Assembly: GCF_963921235.1 (NCBI RefSeq)
Contig: NC_086097.1
Location: 27,654,001 to 27,718,000 of the forward strand
Source: Mobula hypostoma
Lineage: Eukaryota
Direction: 5' to 3'
DNA length: 64,000 nucleotides
Both the position numbers and the translations under genes were made by a program. Below, piece after piece: positions 50,770-64,000 of this stretch. Each line of letters starts with the position of its first letter. The stretch's first letter is position 1. The notes under the pieces are model-generated. The model had not been told where the DNA came from. It searched no databases and worked only from the letters and a program-made list of their open reading frames with translations.

Positions 50770-52803
50770 AGTCCTCATCGGGGGTAGGAGATGGAGAGAG
50801 TCAGCAGCTTTAAATTCCTTAACGTTATCATAATAGAGGTTCTATCCTGGGATCAGCATTTAAGTGCCATCACAAAGAAGTCAAGAAAGCACAACTACTT
50901 TCTTGAAGTTTACATAGATTCAGCATGTCATCTAAAACTTTGACAAACTTCTATAGACATACAGTGGAGAGTATCCTGTCTGGTTGTATAATGGCCTGAT
51001 ATGGAAACACCAATCCATTTCCAGGAATGGAAATGTCCACAGAAAATGCTGGATACAGCCTAGGCCAGGGGTTCCCAAGCTTTATTATGCCAGGCCCTAC
51101 CATTAACTAAGGAGGCTGTGGACTCCAGGTTGGGAATCCCTGGCCTAGATCATCACAGGCAGAGCCCTCTCCACCATTGAGCACATATACAAGGAGCACT
51201 GCCATAAAAAAAGCAGCATCCATTATCAAAGACCCTCACCATCTCAATTCTTTTTCGCTAATACCATCAGGCGGGAGGTACAGAAGCCCATACCATCAGG
51301 CCAGGAACCCTATAACCATTAGTTTCCTGAAAGGGCATGGATAACTTCACTCAAGCTACACTCATTTTCAAAGACATTTTATAACTCACATCCTCAGCAT
51401 TAATATTTTTATTTGCACATTGGTTATTTGTCAGCCTTTGTTTAAGCATATATTTTTATTACTTCTATTAAATTTCTTTATTTTCCTACTTTGAGAGGCT
51501 GGTCAAGGACTACATCTGCCACATGCTACCACCCACACTGGACCCCCTACAATTCACTACTGACACAACCAATTGATAGATGACACAATAGCCACAGTTC
51601 TACACACCGTCCTTACACATCTCGAGAAGAAGGATGTTTATGTGAGAATGCTGTTCTTGGACTACAGTTCAGCATTCAACACCATAATTCCCTCCGGGCT
51701 CGACAAGAAGCTCAGAGACCTTAGCCTTCAGCCTACCTTGTGCAGCTGGATCCTGTACTTCATGTCAGATTGCCAGCAGGTGTTAAGAGTGGGCTCCCTC
51801 ACCTCTGCCCCTCTGACCCTCAACAGAGGTACCCCTCAGGGCTGTCCTAAGCCCCCTCCTTTACTCTCTGTATACCCATGATTGTGTCACCTCAGCTCCA
51901 ATCTGCTAATTAAATTTGCTGATGATACTTACTACATTGATTGGCATAATCTCAAATAATAATGAGGCAGCATACAGAGAAGAGGCCTCCCTCAATATCG
52001 CAAAAACAAAGGAGCTGATTGTGGACTACAGGAGGAATGGAGACAGGTTAACCCCTATTGACATCAATGGATCTGGGGTTGAGAGGGTGAACAGCTTTAA
52101 GTCCCTCTGCATACACATCATCGAGAATCACACGTAGTCTGCACATACCGGCTGTGTGGTGAAAAAGCACAACAGCAACTCTTTCACCTCAGATGGTTGA
52201 AGAAGTTTAGTACGGGCCCCCAAATCCTAAAAACTATCCACAGGGTCACAATTGAGAGCATCCTGACTGGCTGAATCACTACCTAGTATGAGAACTGTAC
52301 TTCCCTCAATCGCAGGACTCTGCAGAGAGTGGTGTGAACAGCCCAGCGCATCTGTAGATGTGAACTCCCACTATCCAGGACAGTTACAAAGACAGGTGTG
52401 TAAAAAGGGTCCAAAGGATCATTAGGGATCCAAGTTACCCCAACCACAAACTGTTCCAGCTGCTACCATCCGGGAAACGGTATCACAGCATAAAAGACAG
52501 GACCAACAGACACTGGGACAGCTCCTTCCACCAGGCCATCAGACTGATTAATTCCTGCTGATACAATTGTATTTCTATGCTATATTGCCTGTCCTGTTGT
52601 ACATACTATTAATTATAAATTACCATAGATTGCACATTTAGATGGAGATATAACGTAAAGATTTTTACCCCTCATGCATCTGAAGGATGGAAGTAATAAA
52701 GTCAATTCAATTAAATGCATGTAAGAAAATGAATCTCAAAGTAGTATATGATAACATATATGTATTTTGATAATAAATTTTACTTTGACCTTTGACTTTG
52801 ACT
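50770..52803 (+). mobile_element. Nested Rex/Babar-like LINE fragments (inner copy 51490-52715 includes RT)
   Basis: RMLFLDYSSAFNTI, PQGC and FADD remnants; outer copy tail resumes at 52715. Confidence 0.82.
51066..51142. mobile_element. Tiny hAT (Charlie-like) MITE, 77 bp
   Basis: TIRs caggggttcccaa / ttgggaatccctg; 8-bp TSD gcctaggc/gcctagat. Confidence 0.8.
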
Positions 52804-53107
52804 ATCCGAAGCCATACAGAAAGTGATTATATGAGTTCAGATGATGTAGCCAGGAAGAAATATACCAACAAAGACCAGGAGAAAAATAAATAGAGAGAGG
52901 ACCTTGGATTCTAAGTAGGTAACTAACAGAGAGAGGCAAGCAAAGTACACATTGCCAGAGCTGTACAAATATAACCTTGCAGAGGTGACCAAAGTTCATC
53001 TGAGGGCAATGCAGAAGAAATTAAAAGAATATATCAACTATATTGAATCCTACAATAAAGAGGAGTGAGAATCAGAATTATCTGGTTGTACTGTATATTT
53101 GAGCAGC

Positions 53108-54520
53108 TTTGGATCCGCGGCTGTTTACAATATACATTAATGATTTAGATGAAGGGATTAAAAGTAACATTAGCAAATTTGCAGATGACACAACGCTGGG
53201 TGGCAGTGTGAAATATGAGGAGGATGTTATGAGAATGCAGGGTGACTTGGACAGGCTGGGTGAGTGGGCGGATGCATGGCAGATGCAGTTTAATATGGAT
53301 AAGTGTGAGGTTATCCACTTTGGTGGTAAGAACAGGAAGGCAGATTATTATCTAAATGGAGTCAAGTTAGGAAAAGCGGAAGTACAACGAGATCTAGGTG
53401 TTCTTGTACATCAGTCACTGAAAGCATGCAGGTACAGCAGGTAGTGAAGAAAGCTAATGGCATGCTGGCCTTCATAACAAGGGGAATTGGGTATAGGAGC
53501 AAAGAGGTCCTTCTGCAGCTGTACAGGACTCTGATGAGACCACACCTGGAGTATTGTGTGCAGCTTTGGTCTCCAAATTTGAGGAAGGACATTCTTGCTA
53601 TTGAGGGAGTGCAGCGTAGGTTCACAAGGTTAATCCCCGGGATGGCGGGACTGTCATATGTTGAAAGATTGGAGTGACTGGGCTTGTATACACTGGAATT
53701 TAGAAGGATGAGAGGGGATCTGATTGAAACATATAAGATTATTAAGGGATTGGACACGCTGGAGGCAGGAAGCACGTTCCCGCTGATGGGTGAGTCCAGA
53801 ACCAGAGGCCACAGTTTAAGAATAAGGGGTAGGCCATTTAGAACAGAGTTGAGGAAAAACTTTTTCACCCAGTGAGTGGTGGATATGTGGAATGCTCTGC
53901 CCCAGAAGGCAGTGGAGGCCAAGTCCCTGAATGTTTTCAAGAAAGAGATGGATAGAGCTCTTAAAGATAGCGGAATCAAAGGTTATGGGGATAAGGCAGG
54001 AACTGGATACTGATTGTGGATGATCAGCCATGAATGGCAGTGCTGGCTCGAAGGGCCGAATGACCTACTCCTGCACCTATTGTCTATATCTAAAAAAGGA
54101 TATGCATGCAATGGAGAAGGTGCAGAGGAGGTTCACGAGAATTATTCCAAGAATGAAAGGGTTAATATATTAAGCGTTTAGAAGAATGGGGGAGGGGGAT
54201 TCTCATTAAGACCTACTGTGAACCTGCAAAGGATGTTTCCATCAATGGGAGAGTCTCAGAATAGAAGGACATCCCTTAGAACAGAAATGAGAAATTTCTT
54301 TAGCCAGAGGGTTCTGAATTTATGGAATTCATTGCCACAGACCCCTGTGGAGACCGTCATTGAGTAGTTTTAAAGTGGTGGTTGATAAGGGCGTCAAAAT
54401 TTATGGGGAGAAGACAGGAGAATGGGGTGTCGAGGAAAAATAAATCAGCCATGAATGAATGGTGGAGCAGACTTGAGCCGAATGGCTTAATTTTGTTCCT
54501 ATAACTTATGGTCTCATGGC
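53108..54520 (+). mobile_element. Two adjacent CR1 3' fragments
   Basis: LFTIYINDLD, FADDT, RPHLEYC; tails at ~54085 and ~54515. Confidence 0.88.
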
Positions 54521-55319
54521 TTCCTTACACTATTTTTCCTTAAATATTGGAAGTTCTTTTAACTGAAAAAAATTAAGGCAGGCCCTTTAATATTGGAGCA
54601 GAGCAGTGGGCTGATGGATCACTGCAGGGAATAATAAATTATAGAGGGACTCCAGATCATTTCTGAAAGGGCCTTCAGGGACTTATGCTTGAAGAGATTG
54701 TGAAAATTTACCTGGGAAATTGATTTTTGGTTGATCACTATGAAACATGAACCAATCAGAAGAAAAAAAAGATACCCTGAAGTGTTTTCTTTAGATTGGT
54801 TCCTGAGAAATTTAAATAAATGTGAAGCTTTTTGGTGCAAAGGACTCACTTAAGGCGCAAGGTCTGAAGACAAGCTCTTTAATATGTAATTCGGTCTGTA
54901 TGCTGGAGGGATAGAGGAAAATTTGTAACATGTTAGGGAGTTGTAAATTTTTTTGATGAGAAGTGGGGAATGATGAAGACACTTAATCACTCAAGTATCT
55001 ACAGTATATAATACTGAACAACAAAACCAGGTTATGTGTAGAAAGATACCAATCAAACAAATAAAGCACCATTTCTCTAGTACAGTAATTAAGTCTGTAA
55101 CTGGGGATTCTTCCCAGGAAAGAAAAACTTGTTCAAGCTGTGATACCTGCAAAGCGTTGAACATTGGAGTTAGCATTCAACAAAAGTACAAGTGCTTTCC
55201 ACAATCTTGAGTCATCCCAAAGCAATCAATAGCCAATTAAGCATCTGTGAAATTGAGTTACACACATCAAAGTTGCTGGTGAACACAGCAGGCCAGGCAG
55301 CATCTATAGGAAGAGGTGC

Positions 55320-55355
55320 AGTCGACGTTTCAGGCCGAGACCCTTCGTCAGGACT
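55320..55355 (-). ncRNA. Minimal hammerhead ribozyme motif (inverted partner copy)
   Basis: Exact reverse complement of 56478-56513. Confidence 0.7.
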
Positions 55356-56477
55356 AACTGAAGGAAGAGTGAGTAAGGGATTTGAAAGTTGGAGGGGGAG
55401 GGGGAGATCCAAAATGATAGGAGAAGACAGGAGGGGGAGGGATAGAGCCAAGAGCTGGACAGGTGATAGGCAAAAGGGGATACGAGAGGATGATACATGG
55501 GACAGAAGGTCCGGGAAGAAAGACAAGGGGGGGGGGGGACCCAGAGGATGGGCAAGAGGTATATTCAGAGGGACAGAGGGAGAAAAAGGAGAGTGAGAGA
55601 AAGAATGTGTGCATAAAAATAAGTAACAGATGGGGTACGAGGGGGAGGTGGGGCCTTAGCGGAAGTTAGAGAAGTCGATGTTCATGCCATCAGGTTGGAG
55701 GCTACCCAGACGGAATATAAGGTGTTGTTCCTCCAACCTGAGTGTGGCTTCATCTTTACAGTAGAGGAGGCCGAGGATAGACATGTCAGAATGGGAATGG
55801 GATGTGGAATTAAAATGTGTGGCCACTGGGAGATCCTGCTTTCTCTGGCGGACAGAGCATAGATGTTCAGCAAAGCGGTCTCCCAGTCTGCGTCGGGTCT
55901 CGCCAATATATAGAAGGCCACATCGGGAGCACCGGACGCAGTATATCACCCCAGTCGACTCACAGGTGAAGTGTTGCCTCACCTGGAAGGACTGGGGCCC
56001 TGAATGGTGGTAAGGGAGGAAGTGTAAGGGCATGTGTAGCACTTGTTCCGCTTACACGAATAAGTGCCAGGAGGGAGATCAGTGGGGAGGGATGGGGGGG
56101 GGAACGAATGGACAAGGGAGTTGCGTAGGGAGCGATCCCTGCGGAATGCAGAGAGAGGGGGGGAGGGAATATAACTTCTGCTAAGGCCCCATCTCCCCCT
56201 CGTACCTCATCTGTTACTTATTTTTATGCACATATTCTTTCTCTCACCTTTTTCTCCCTCTGTCCCTCTGAATATACCTCTTGCCCATCCTCTGGGTCCC
56301 CCCCCCTTGTCTTTCTTCCCGGACCTCCTGTCCCATGTATCATCCTCTCGTATCCCCTTTTGCCTATCACCTGTCCAGCTCTTGGCTCTATCCCTCCCCC
56401 TCCTGTCTTCTCCTATCATTTTGGATCTCCCCCTCCCCCTCCAACTTTCAAATCCCTTACTCACTCTTCCTTCAGTT

Positions 56478-56513
56478 AGTCCTGACGAAGGGTCTCGGCC
56501 TGAAACGTCGACT
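56478..56513 (+). ncRNA. Minimal hammerhead ribozyme motif in Penelope pseudo-LTR
   Basis: AGUC-CUGACGA-AGG(gucucgg)CCU-GAAA-CG-UC^GACU: helix I AGUC/GACU, helix II AGG/CCU, palindromic ACGU in place of helix III. Confidence 0.7.
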
Positions 56514-56799
56514 GCACCTCTTCCTACAGATGCTGCCTGGCCTGCTGCGTTCACCAGCAACTTTGATGTGTGTTGCTTGAATTTCCAGCATCTGCAGAAT
56601 TCCTGTTGTTTGCGTGAAATTGAGTTGAAGTTTTTGAAATGTGGAAAAGTTGCAATGCAGGAAATGCACACAGCAAGATGCAGAAACAACCATATGACAA
56701 ATGGCCACGGAGGAGGGGCCCATATTAGCCCCAGAGCAGCAAGGTAGTGTAGTGGTTAACAGAATCACTTTGCGTCACCAGCGATCACCAACTAGGGAT

Positions 56800-57605
56800 G
56801 ATGAAAAGAGACAGTTGTTGACTTCAGGAGGACATGGAGCGACCACTCACCGCTGAACATCAACGACTCCTCTGTAGAGATCGTTAAGAGCACCAAATTT
56901 CTTGGTGTCCACCTGGTGGAGAATCTCACCCGGTCCCTCAACACCAGCTCCATAGCAAAGAAAGCCCAGCAGTGTCTCTACTTTCTGCGAAGGCTGAGAA
57001 AAGTCCATCTCCCACCCCCCATCCTCACTACATTCTACAGAGGTTGTATTGAGAGCATCCTGAGCAGCTGCATCACTGCCTGGTTCGGAAATTGCACCAT
57101 CTTGGATCACAAGACCCTGCAGCGGATAGTGAGGTCAGCTGAGAAGATCATCGGGGTTTCTCTTCCCGCCATTACAGACATTTACACCACATGCTGCATC
57201 CGTAAAGCAAACAGCATTATGAAGGACCCCACGCACCCCTCATACAAACTCTTCTCCCTTCTGCCATCTGGAAAAAGGCACCGAAGCATTCGGGCTCTCA
57301 TGACCAGACCATGTAACAGTTTCTTCCCCTAAGCCATCAGGCTCCTCAATACCCAGAGCCTGGACTGACACCAACCTACTGCCCTCTACTGTGCCTACTG
57401 TTTTGTTTATTATTTATTATTATTTATTGTAGTGCCTGCACTGTTTTGTGCACTTTATGCAGTCCTGGATAGGTGTGTAGTCTAGTGTAGTTTTTGTATT
57501 GTTTCATGTAGCACCATGGTCCTGGAAAACGTCGTCTCATGTTTACTATGTTCTGTACCAGCAGTTATGGTTGAAATGACAATAAAAAGCGACTTGACTT
57601 GACTT
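56800..57605 (+). mobile_element. Rex/Babar-like LINE 3' fragment inserted into a V-SINE
   Basis: ORF 56916-57332 KAQQCLYFLRRL...IESIL...LLPSGKR; (gactt)n tail; SINE head at 56735-56798 and body at 57606-57850 flank it. Confidence 0.85.
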
Positions 57606-59317
57606 GTTTCCCGCCACTATCTTTAAGGAGCTTGTACATTCTCCCCGTGACCACGTGGATTTCCTCCAGGTGCTCTGGTTTCCTTCCACATTACCAAGAT
57701 GTACGGTTATGATTAGTGAGTTATGGACATGCTATGTGGGCAAAATTTGCAGGCTGTCCAGCACAACCCTTGCTGATTCAATTTGATGCAAATGATGTAT
57801 TTCACCACGTTTCAATATTTTGATGTACATCTGACAAATAAAATAATCTTTCAACTCTCTTCTTTCAGAACCTCAGCTAGAGTTCTCCGTTTTTCTTTCC
57901 TTTACTGGAATGTTTTGCATTCACTTTAGGAGTGGATATAGTTAAGTTTAAAGAAGTTATCCAATAGCATTTTGGAAGATTAGATCACTGCAGGTGCAGG
58001 GTGAGCTGGTGAACTGGATACAAAATTGACTTGCTGGCAGGAGCCAGAAGGTAGTAGTGGATGTTTCTTTCTCAGATTGGAGACCTGTGACCAGTTGTAT
58101 ATTGGGATACCAAGCAAAGACTGCTGCTGGTATTTGACATCTACATTAATGCTTTGGATGAGAATGTCATCAGTACAGCAATAGTGAAAAGTTTGTAGAC
58201 AACACAAAAATTAGTCCTGATTAAGTGTCTCGGCTAGAAACGTTGGCTGTTTATTCGCCTCCACAAGCTGCCTGACCTGCTGAGTTCCTCCAGCGTTTTG
58301 TGTCAGTTGCTCTGGATTTCCAGCATCTGCAAAATCTCTTGTGTTCACAAAAGTTGCTGGTACAATACACAGTGAAGAGAGTTATCTAAGATTATAATGG
58401 AATCTGGATCTATGTGGAACTTAATTGGACAAGTACAAGCATTGTACTTCAGTTAGTAAAAATACGACAGGGCAGGACTTTCACAGTGAATAGTAGCCCT
58501 GGTGAGTGTGCAGTGCTGAGAATCCCAGGGGCTTAGGACTCTGCAGTGAAATTTGAGTCACCAACCCACTACCAGCAGTGCAGAAACCACCACTAAGCCA
58601 TAGCTAATATCCAGGTACGACAGTGGAGCTAGTATTACACCAGCCTCACTTGCTGAATGAAATTGAATGTGGCAAGCTGTTGCTGCACTCTTCTAAACAA
58701 TTAATACAACTCTTTTCCATTGTTACAGCTCAGCTGTGAATGGAGGACATGTGGTTCACTGTTTCTCTACTGCCTCTGTGAAGGAACTGGTCAATTATTT
58801 CCTTTGCTCTGCTTTACCTCACAGCCCTTCAGCACATTTTTCCATCCTTTAGATAAAGATGGAGGACTATGTACGAATGAAGGGTTGATTGACTGTAGAG
58901 TAGGTTAAAAGATCAGCACAACATTGTGGGCGGAAGGGCTTGTACTGTGCTGTAGTGTTCTATATTTTGTAATATTCTTCATCCATGCATCTTGCCTCTA
59001 ACTAACACTCCATCTTTCTAGTAACTAATGTTTCTTTGTCCCAATAGCCATTCTTCAGGTGTTCACCAGTCTCCTATCACATTCAAGTCCAACGCAGTAC
59101 AGTTACAGCACAAAAAAGCAGGTTATCTGGCCCGAGTATACACTAGCTCTATCTATGTTTAATCCAACGGATCCTATTCCACTACTCATTACACTGCAAA
59201 TACTTTCAAATATTTATCCATCTTCATTTTGAATGTTATATTTGGGTCTGCCTCCATTAGTATCACACAAGAAAATTCCAGGCCCTAACTATTCACTGTG
59301 TAAAATATTCTTGCTCA

Positions 59318-59845
59318 AGTCAAAGTAAATTTATTATCAAAGTACACATGTATTACCATATACTACCCTGTGATTTATTTTCTTACAGGCATTTAAAGGA
59401 AAAGAAAGAAATACAATACAATTGATGAAAAACTATAAATTAACAAAGACCAATGAACAAACCAATGTGCAAAAGAAGACAAATTGTGCAAGTAAAAAAT
59501 AAATAATACTGAGACCATGAACTGTAGAGTCTTTGAAAGTGAGTCTTTCAGAGGAGGTTGAAGTAGAGTAGGTTGTAGAATCAGTTCAGGATTATGGTGA
59601 GTGAAGTATCCACACTGATTCAGAAGCCTAATGGTTGTAGGATAGTAAATTGTTCTTGAACTTGGTGGTGTGGGACCAAAGACTCCTGTACCTCCTGCCT
59701 GTTGTAGTAAGAAAATATACTCCACTGTGCATGGATAGAAGTTTGGAAAAGTTTTAGGTGACATGCTGAATCTATGCAAACGACCAAGAAAATAGAGATG
59801 CTGTCATGCCTTCTTTGTGATGCCATTTACGTGTTGGTTCCAGAT
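59318..59845 (-). mobile_element. Rex/Babar-like LINE 3' fragment
   Basis: Shared tail on minus strand; ORF remnant KTFPNFYPCTVE. Confidence 0.7.
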
Positions 59846-62460
59846 CAGGTTAGTGGCAACAGTTTCTCCTTATTGATCTGTTTATACCTTTGATTATTTT
59901 TTGGATACCTCCAATGATCCCCATGCACTCTCCTCTTGCCCCATGGAGAACAATGTTAGCCTTTCAACGTAGCTAAAGTTGCTCATCTCATTTCCTGAAT
60001 CATTTTAATCAATTATTTTTATCCCACTCTCTCTAAAGCCTTTACATCTTTTATAAAGCACATTGCTCTGAACTAGACAAACTACTTTAGTCTCCAACCA
60101 ATGTTTTATAGAGATCGATGCTCTTGCACACTGTGCCTCTATTGATAAAAGCCCAAAACCCTACCTAATTTCTTAACCCCTTTCAGCAAACTAAGTACCT
60201 AGCAAAATTTTTGTTAAATATTGACATCGAACCCACATCCACCACTTCTGCTGGCAGCATGTCCACATAGCAACATCCTCACAGTGAAGAAGCTCCCTAT
60301 CAGATTTTCCTTGAATATTTCGCTTTTCACCCTTAACTTATTACCTCAACTTCTCGTCTCATCCAACAGTGGAAAAAGCCTGCTTGTATTTACCCTATCT
60401 ATAACCCTCATAATATTGTATACCTCCCCCTTCTCCTATGCTCCAGGACATAAAGTCCTAATCTATTCAACATTTCGCTACAACTCAGGTCCTCAGGTTT
60501 TGGCAACATCCCTGTGAATTTTTTCTATACTCTTTCAATCTTATTGATATCTTTCCTGTAGGTGGATGACCAGAACTGCACATAAAACTCCAAATTAGGC
60601 CTCGTATATTGACCTCTTCTGACTTAAATTACCTCTTCTTATTATTCCTTCTGAAACATAAGACCATAAGACTATTATAGGAGCAGAATTAGCCCATCAA
60701 ATCTCTTCTGCCATTCTATCATGGCTATTTTATTATCCCTCTCAACCCCATTCTCCTGCCTTCTCCCCTTGGTGGTGGCTGACAGGAGATCAGAAGTTTA
60801 TAAGACTACAAGATGCATAGATGAAGTTGACAGACAGAATCTTTCTCCCTGGGTTGAAGTGTCCAATACTTGAGGGTATACATTCAAGGTAAGAGACGGT
60901 AAACTTAAAAGGAGATGTGAGGGGCAAGTTTTTTTTTACATAGAGTGGTGGGTGCCTGGGGTGGTGGTAGAGGCAGAAACATTAGGGACTTTTAAGAGAT
61001 ATTTAGATAGGCACATGAATGTGAGGAAAACAGAAGGATATGGACATTGTGTAGGCAGATGAGGTTAGCTTAGTTTGATTACTAATTTAATTGGTTCGTA
61101 CAACATTGTGGGCCAACCAATTAAATTCTGTTTCTGTGCTGTATTCTACATGACCTTTGATACCATTACTAATCAGAAACCTATTAACTTCCACCTTAAA
61201 TACACTCAAATACTTGACCTCCACAGCCATCTGTGCCAATGAATTCCACAGATTCACCACATTCTGGCTAAAGAAATTCCTCCTCATCTCTGTTCCAAAG
61301 GGACGTCCTTCTATTCTAAAGCAGTATGTACCCCCTGTTGGAACCATGCTCTGCATGCCCACTCTCATCTAAAGTTCAAAGTTCAAAGTAACATTTATTA
61401 TCAGAATATATATGCTGTATGTCACCACATACACCAAGATTCTTTTACCCACTGGCATATACAGCAAAATCTACGGAACAGTAACTGTAAACAGAATCAA
61501 TGAACAACAAACAGTGCAAAAGCAAATATAAATAAATAGCAATAAATAACGAGAACATGAAACAACAAGATAAAAAATCCTTAAAGTGAGATCGTTGGTT
61601 GTGGGAACATGAGAAACAGAATGGGTGTAATTATGTTCTTTTGCTCAAGAGCCTGATGGTTGAGGGGTAGTAACTGTTCTTGAACCTGGTAGTGCAAGTT
61701 CTGAGGCACTTGTACATTGTGCCTACACAATTGTTCTAGTTTTATCACATTCACGTGTCTATCTAAACATCTCTGATGTTTCTGCCTCTACCACCACCCC
61801 AGGCAGCACATTCCATGTTCTTATAATATTCGTTAAGTTTCAATAAGATCCCCTTCATTCTTCGAAACTCCAGAGATTAAAGGCCCAGAGCCATCAAACA
61901 CTCCTCTTATGTTAACCATTTCATTCCCAGGATAATTCTCATGAATCTCCTTTGGACCCTCTCCAATACCAGCACATTCTTTCTTAGGTAAAGAGCCCAG
62001 ACCTGCTTACCATATTCCAAGTGCAGTCTGACCAATGCCTCATAAAGCCTTACCATTTCATCCTTGCTTTTATATTTTAGTCCTCTTGAACATTACACTT
62101 CATATGTTGGCATTAACTTCCATCTGTCACCTATCTGCCCATTCCAGCTGCCTGTCCCCTCTGTCTCTCCTTGAAGTCAATAACTATCCTCTTCACAGTT
62201 TATTACACCTCTAAATTTTCACCAGCTGCATTCTTGGAAGTTGTGCCTTGTTTCCAAGTACAAGTCATTAATATATTAACAAAAGCAGTGAGCTGAGTAT
62301 AGACCCATGGGGAACTCCACCGTACACTTTTCTGCAGTCTGAAAACTAATCTTTCATTACCACTCTGTTTCTGAGTTAGTTAGCCAATTATCTATCAGTT
62401 CTTGGCTTTCAATCTTAATTGCACAATGCAACATTTTATTAAATATCTTTTGGAAGAAGA

Positions 62461-62975
62461 TATAAACTCTGTGGCCACTTTATTAGGTACATCATGTGCC
62501 AATTAAAGTGGCCTCTGAGTGTATATTTGTGGCCTACTGCTTTTGAAGCCCAGCCTCTTCAAGGTTTGACATGTTGTGCATTCAGAGATGCTCTTCTGCA
62601 CACCACAGCTGTAATGTGTGGTTATTTTAGTTACTGTTGCCTTCCTGTCAGCTTGAATTAGTCTGGCCATTCTCTTCTAACCTCTCTCATTAATAAGGTG
62701 CTTCACCCGCATAACTGCTGCTCACTGGATGCTTTCTGTTTTTTGCACTATTTTCTATAAACTTTAGAGACTGTTGTGCGTGAGAATCCTAGGAGATCAC
62801 AGTTCCCGAGATACTCAAACCACTCTGTCTGGCATCAACAATCAGTCTATGGTCAAAGTCATTAAGATCACATGTCTTCCCCATTCTGATGTTTAGTCTG
62901 AACAACAACTTGACCATGTCTGCATGTTTTTATGCATTGAGTTGTGCCACATGATTGGCTGATTAGATATTTGAA
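62461..62975. mobile_element. Tc1/mariner-like non-autonomous DNA transposon remnant
   Basis: Inverted repeat actctgtggccactttattaggtac / gccaattaaagtggcctctgagt flanked by TA (62461-62524), followed by degenerate internal sequence. Confidence 0.6.
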
Positions 62976-62979
62976 TTCA

Positions 62980-64000
62980 ATACACACAAAATGCTGGAAG
63001 AACTCAGCAGGCCAGGAAGCACTTAAGAAAAGAATACAGTCAACATTTCAGACCGAAACCCTTGGGCAGGGCTGAAGAAAAAAGCTAAGTAGATTTAAAA
63101 GGTGGAGGGTTGGGGAGAGAGAAACATAGAATGATAGATGAGACATGGCAGGGGAAGGATGAAGTAAAGTGCTGGGAAGTTGATTGTTGAAAGAGACAAA
63201 AGGCCATAGAAGAAGGAAGAGGGGTAGGAGCACCAGAGGGAGGCAATGGGCGTGCAAGGAGATATGGTGAGGGAGGGAAATGGGGATGGGAAATGGTGAA
63301 GTGGGGGCTGGGGGAGCATTACCAGAAGTTTGAGAAATTAATGTTCATGCTATCAGGTTGGAGGCTACCCAAACGGAATACAGGGTGTTATTCCTCCAAC
63401 CTAAGGTGGCCTCATCACAACAGTAGAGGAGGCTATGGATGGTCATATCGGAATTGGAATGGAAAGTGGAAGTTAAATGGGTGGCCACTGGGAGATACGC
63501 TTTTTCTGGTGGACAGAGTGTAGGTGCTCAGCAAAGTGGTCTCCTAATCTATGTCGGGACTCACCAATATACAGGAGGCCATACCGTGAGCACCGAACAC
63601 AGCATATGACCTCAACAGACTCACAGAGTATCACCTCATCTGGAAGGATCTTTTAGGGCCCTGAATGGTAGTGAGGGAGGAGGTGTAGGGGCAGGTGGAG
63701 CACTTGTTCTTCTTGCAAGGCTAAGTGCCAGGAGAGGGATTAGTGGGAGGGACGAATGGACAAGGGAGTCACTTAGGGAGTGATCCCTGCAGAAAGTCGG
63801 GGTGGGGGGAGATGTGCTTGTGGTAGGATCCTGTTGGAGGCGGCAAAGGTTTTGGAGAATTATGTGCTGGATGCAGAGGCTGGTGGAGTGGTAGGTGAGA
63901 ACAAGAGGAATTCCATACCCGGTAGGGTGGCAGGAGGATGGGGTAAGAGCAGACGTGTGAAATGGAAGAGATGCAGTTGAGGGCAGCGTTGATGGTGGAG
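62980..64000 (-). mobile_element. Penelope-like element fragment running off the window end
   Basis: Homologous to 3331-4400 and 55660-56170. Confidence 0.85.

Larger units (their letters stand above)
55260..56613 (-). mobile_element. Complete 5'-truncated Penelope-like insertion with inverted pseudo-LTR and 13-bp TSD
   Basis: GIY-YIG ORF 55656-56042 (GVIYCVRCSRCGLLYIGET...RFAEH); arms 55260-55667 and 56173-56572 are inverted copies; TSD gtgaaattgagtt at 55247-55259 and 56614-56626. Confidence 0.92.

Noticed and set aside
55192..56747. Mirror-image ORFs of 100-170 aa on opposite strands
   Set aside because: Products of the purine/pyrimidine-biased Penelope inverted arms
1..64000. CRISPR arrays, prokaryotic operons, rRNA or intact tRNA genes
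   Set aside because: No repeat-spacer arrays or such genes seen; tRNA-like pieces are SINE heads or primer binding sites

Overview
Repeat-dense vertebrate genomic DNA. The CR1, Rex/Babar, Penelope and V-SINE repertoire suggests a cartilaginous fish, probably a ray (inference). The window lies inside a minus-strand host gene. One 134-bp coding exon (12001-12134) encodes GLCLEKLLSSESSQSDLQLDPEQEIITCYEKAGDIALLYLQEIEK, which I recognise as TTC7B. The rest appears intronic and is mostly nested transposons. Main points: (1) an old, pol-deleted endogenous retrovirus (1079-6712) absent from the ORF track, with paired LTRs, a tRNA-Ser-like PBS, ERV-L/ERV-S-type gag and a gamma-type env remnant, i.e. 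an ERV-S-like architecture; (2) a young non-autonomous Gmr1-type Gypsy element (45601-50592) with near-identical LTRs and a 990-aa ORF (SCAN-like Gag, protease, in-frame Pol remnants); (3) Penelope-like elements carrying minimal hammerhead ribozyme motifs, including a complete inverted pseudo-LTR insertion with a 13-bp TSD (55260-56613); (4) a non-tRNA, AAGATGGCG-headed short retroposon family, tiny hAT MITEs, and L1, Tx1 and Hero fragments. Family assignments come from remembered motifs, not database searches, and the boundaries of degenerate repeats are approximate.
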